Notes under the pieces: generated by a model
Told to the model about the DNA's origin: nothing
The model's input: the letters and a program-made list of their open reading frames with translations, nothing else
Databases searched by the model: none
Position numbers and translations under genes: made by a program
Source: Octopus sinensis
Lineage: Eukaryota
DNA length: 8,902 bases
Reading direction: 5' to 3'
NCBI RefSeq assembly: GCF_006345805.1
Contig: NW_021828168.1
Location: 1-8,902 of the forward strand
Part shown: piece after piece, positions 7,511 to 8,902 of the stretch
How positions within the stretch are numbered: position 1 is the first letter of the stretch
Layout: every line of letters starts with the position of its first letter

Positions 7511-7720
7511 AAGTTGGTGAATTAGCAGAGTCGTTAGTACGCCGCACAAAATCCTAAACGACATTTCTTCCGGATTTACGTTCAGAGTTCTAGTTCCACC
7601 GACGTCGACTTTACCTTTCGAAGTCGACGAAATGAGTACTAGTTTAGTACTGGGGGCGATGTAATCGACTAGCCTTCTTCTCCAAAATGTCAGGCTTTGT
7701 TGCTATAGAGAAAAGAATCG
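7511..7720 (+). mobile_element. SINE family 1 copy with (ATT)n tail
   Basis: GGTGAATTAGCAGAGTCGTTAGTACGCC...GAGTTCTAGTTCC...GTCGACTTTACCTTTCG...GATGTAATCGACTAGCC...AAAAGAATCG. It has a short deletion between CCTTTC-like repeats relative to the 8543-8727 copy. Confidence 0.88.
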
Positions 7721-7753
7721 TTATTATTGTTGTTATTATTATTATTATTATTA

Positions 7754-7784
<31 letters not shown>
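7721..7784. repeat. (ATT)n trinucleotide tract
   Basis: Direct reading; a few interruptions. Confidence 0.97.
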
Positions 7785-7787
<3 letters not shown>

Positions 7788-8166
7788 TGAGAGAGCAGTG
7801 CATGGCATATGAAAGTGACAATGGGGTAAAATATACGAAGCTCAGTATATCCATCATGACTACCTGTCTGATAATGGTACACCAGGTACATGCATCACAA
7901 CAATATGTGCACGACATGGTAATTTCATATCAAGATAAACAGTGCATGACCTTGCAGGTGGGGCCCAGTTAGAATTTTCTTCAAGTTGAGTAGCCCATCC
8001 TGCTCAAAAGGTCCTTGAATAAGGGTTGTTTAAGGACGTTAAACAAAAACACCAATGTTTCCATAGGTGAATTATCCACACCCCAAACAATTCCTCTCTA
8101 CACATGACTATAATGCTCCCCCACTGCTTCAGCTCGTAGTTAGAGATGCACATATCGTCAGCCATA
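7785..8166 (-). mobile_element. 5'-truncated 3' end of a LINE-like retroposon ending in (AAT)n
   Basis: The minus strand ends ...GCACTGCTCTCTCACTG-AATAATAAT. The sequence matches my recollection of an abundant octopus interspersed repeat. The clade is not determined. Confidence 0.55.
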
Positions 8167-8325
8167 TTAAGACATGAGAGTTGTCTTAACACAGATTTGT
8201 TGGTCACCAACATGAGAACAAAATTATTTCATTTTACCAGAGCGTTCTGCCTATTATATTAAATATACTACGTACTGAAATTCCTAACAACGTGACATGA
8301 AAAACTTCGAGTAAGCACGATCAGC

Positions 8326-8485
8326 CAAGGCAGGCTCTTTGAATTACGGGCATAACTCTTTTTTTTCCTTTTTTTTTTTGCCAGTTGAGTGTACCGCAGG
8401 AACGTGACATCGATTTTCTTGCAAAAAAACACACAACGATTTGCCAGGAATTGAACTCACGACGTTGTACTGAACAGCCATGTGT
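8326..8485 (-). mobile_element. SINE family 2 partial copy (3'-truncated), nearly identical to 4006-4145
   Basis: The reverse complement of 8326-8475 aligns to 4006-4145 with about 7 substitutions and one indel block at the A-run. Confidence 0.9.
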
Positions 8486-8542
8486 TATTATCAACTAGCG
8501 TATCCCTTTGGGAGTATTCATTATCTGAAACAACAACAAGGG

Positions 8543-8727
8543 GAAATTTTGCGGGAGGAGGTTAATCGATTACATCGGCTCCAGTGCTTGACTGGTATTT
8601 ACTTTATCGACCCCGAAAGGATGAATGATAAAGTCGACCACAGCGGAATTTGAACTCCGAACGTAAGGACGAACGAAATGTCGCTAAGCATTTCACCCCT
8701 GCGTACTAACGATTCTACCAGCCCGTC
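8543..8727 (-). mobile_element. SINE family 1 copy
   Basis: The minus strand reads GACGGGCTGGTAGAATCG (A box)...GAGTTCAAATTCC (B box)...GTCGACTTTATCATTCATCCTTTCGGGGTCGATAAA...GATGTAATCGATTAACC. Confidence 0.88.
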
Positions 8728-8902
8728 AATTTCCAAAAGAATTAATTGAAATTATTAATAAGATTGGAAATGACGTTTAGGAGGGAATTCTTGTTATTAA
8801 GACATCCGATAAAAGAAACAAATATGTTGTGACATGAAATAAAAAGGGAGCATTTGGTTTTGCGATTATCTTCCTTATATTTGGATGGAAGCATTCTCAA
8901 CG

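Noticed and set aside
7091-7525. 144-aa plus-strand ORF
   Set aside because: It is antisense to the RTE-like remnant, runs through degenerate microsatellite into a SINE, and has no recognisable motif.
8100-8165. Minus-strand CTGACGA core
   Set aside because: No GAAA or helix III follows at a suitable distance.

Overview
Non-coding, AT-rich, microsatellite-saturated eukaryotic DNA. The repeat families resemble those I recall from coleoid cephalopods, most likely Octopus (inference, not verified). No host protein-coding exon is supportable, and most listed ORFs are translations of (TA)n/(TG)n/(TATG)n tracts. The non-simple sequence is a patchwork of mobile elements: four mutually alignable copies of one tRNA-derived SINE, two copies of a second SINE, a fragment of a third, a 389-bp non-autonomous Helitron with canonical ends, and decayed LINE fragments. 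The main hidden signal is five minimal type I hammerhead ribozyme motifs from four dissimilar sequence contexts: 297-344 (+), a remnant at 1766-1800 (+), 2919-2964 (+), and a divergent pair at 4856-4897 (-) and 4927-4969 (+) inside a ~148-bp near-perfect inverted repeat. Each has a different (quasi-)palindromic helix III, as known for hammerheads of Penelope-like retroelements that cleave as dimers.
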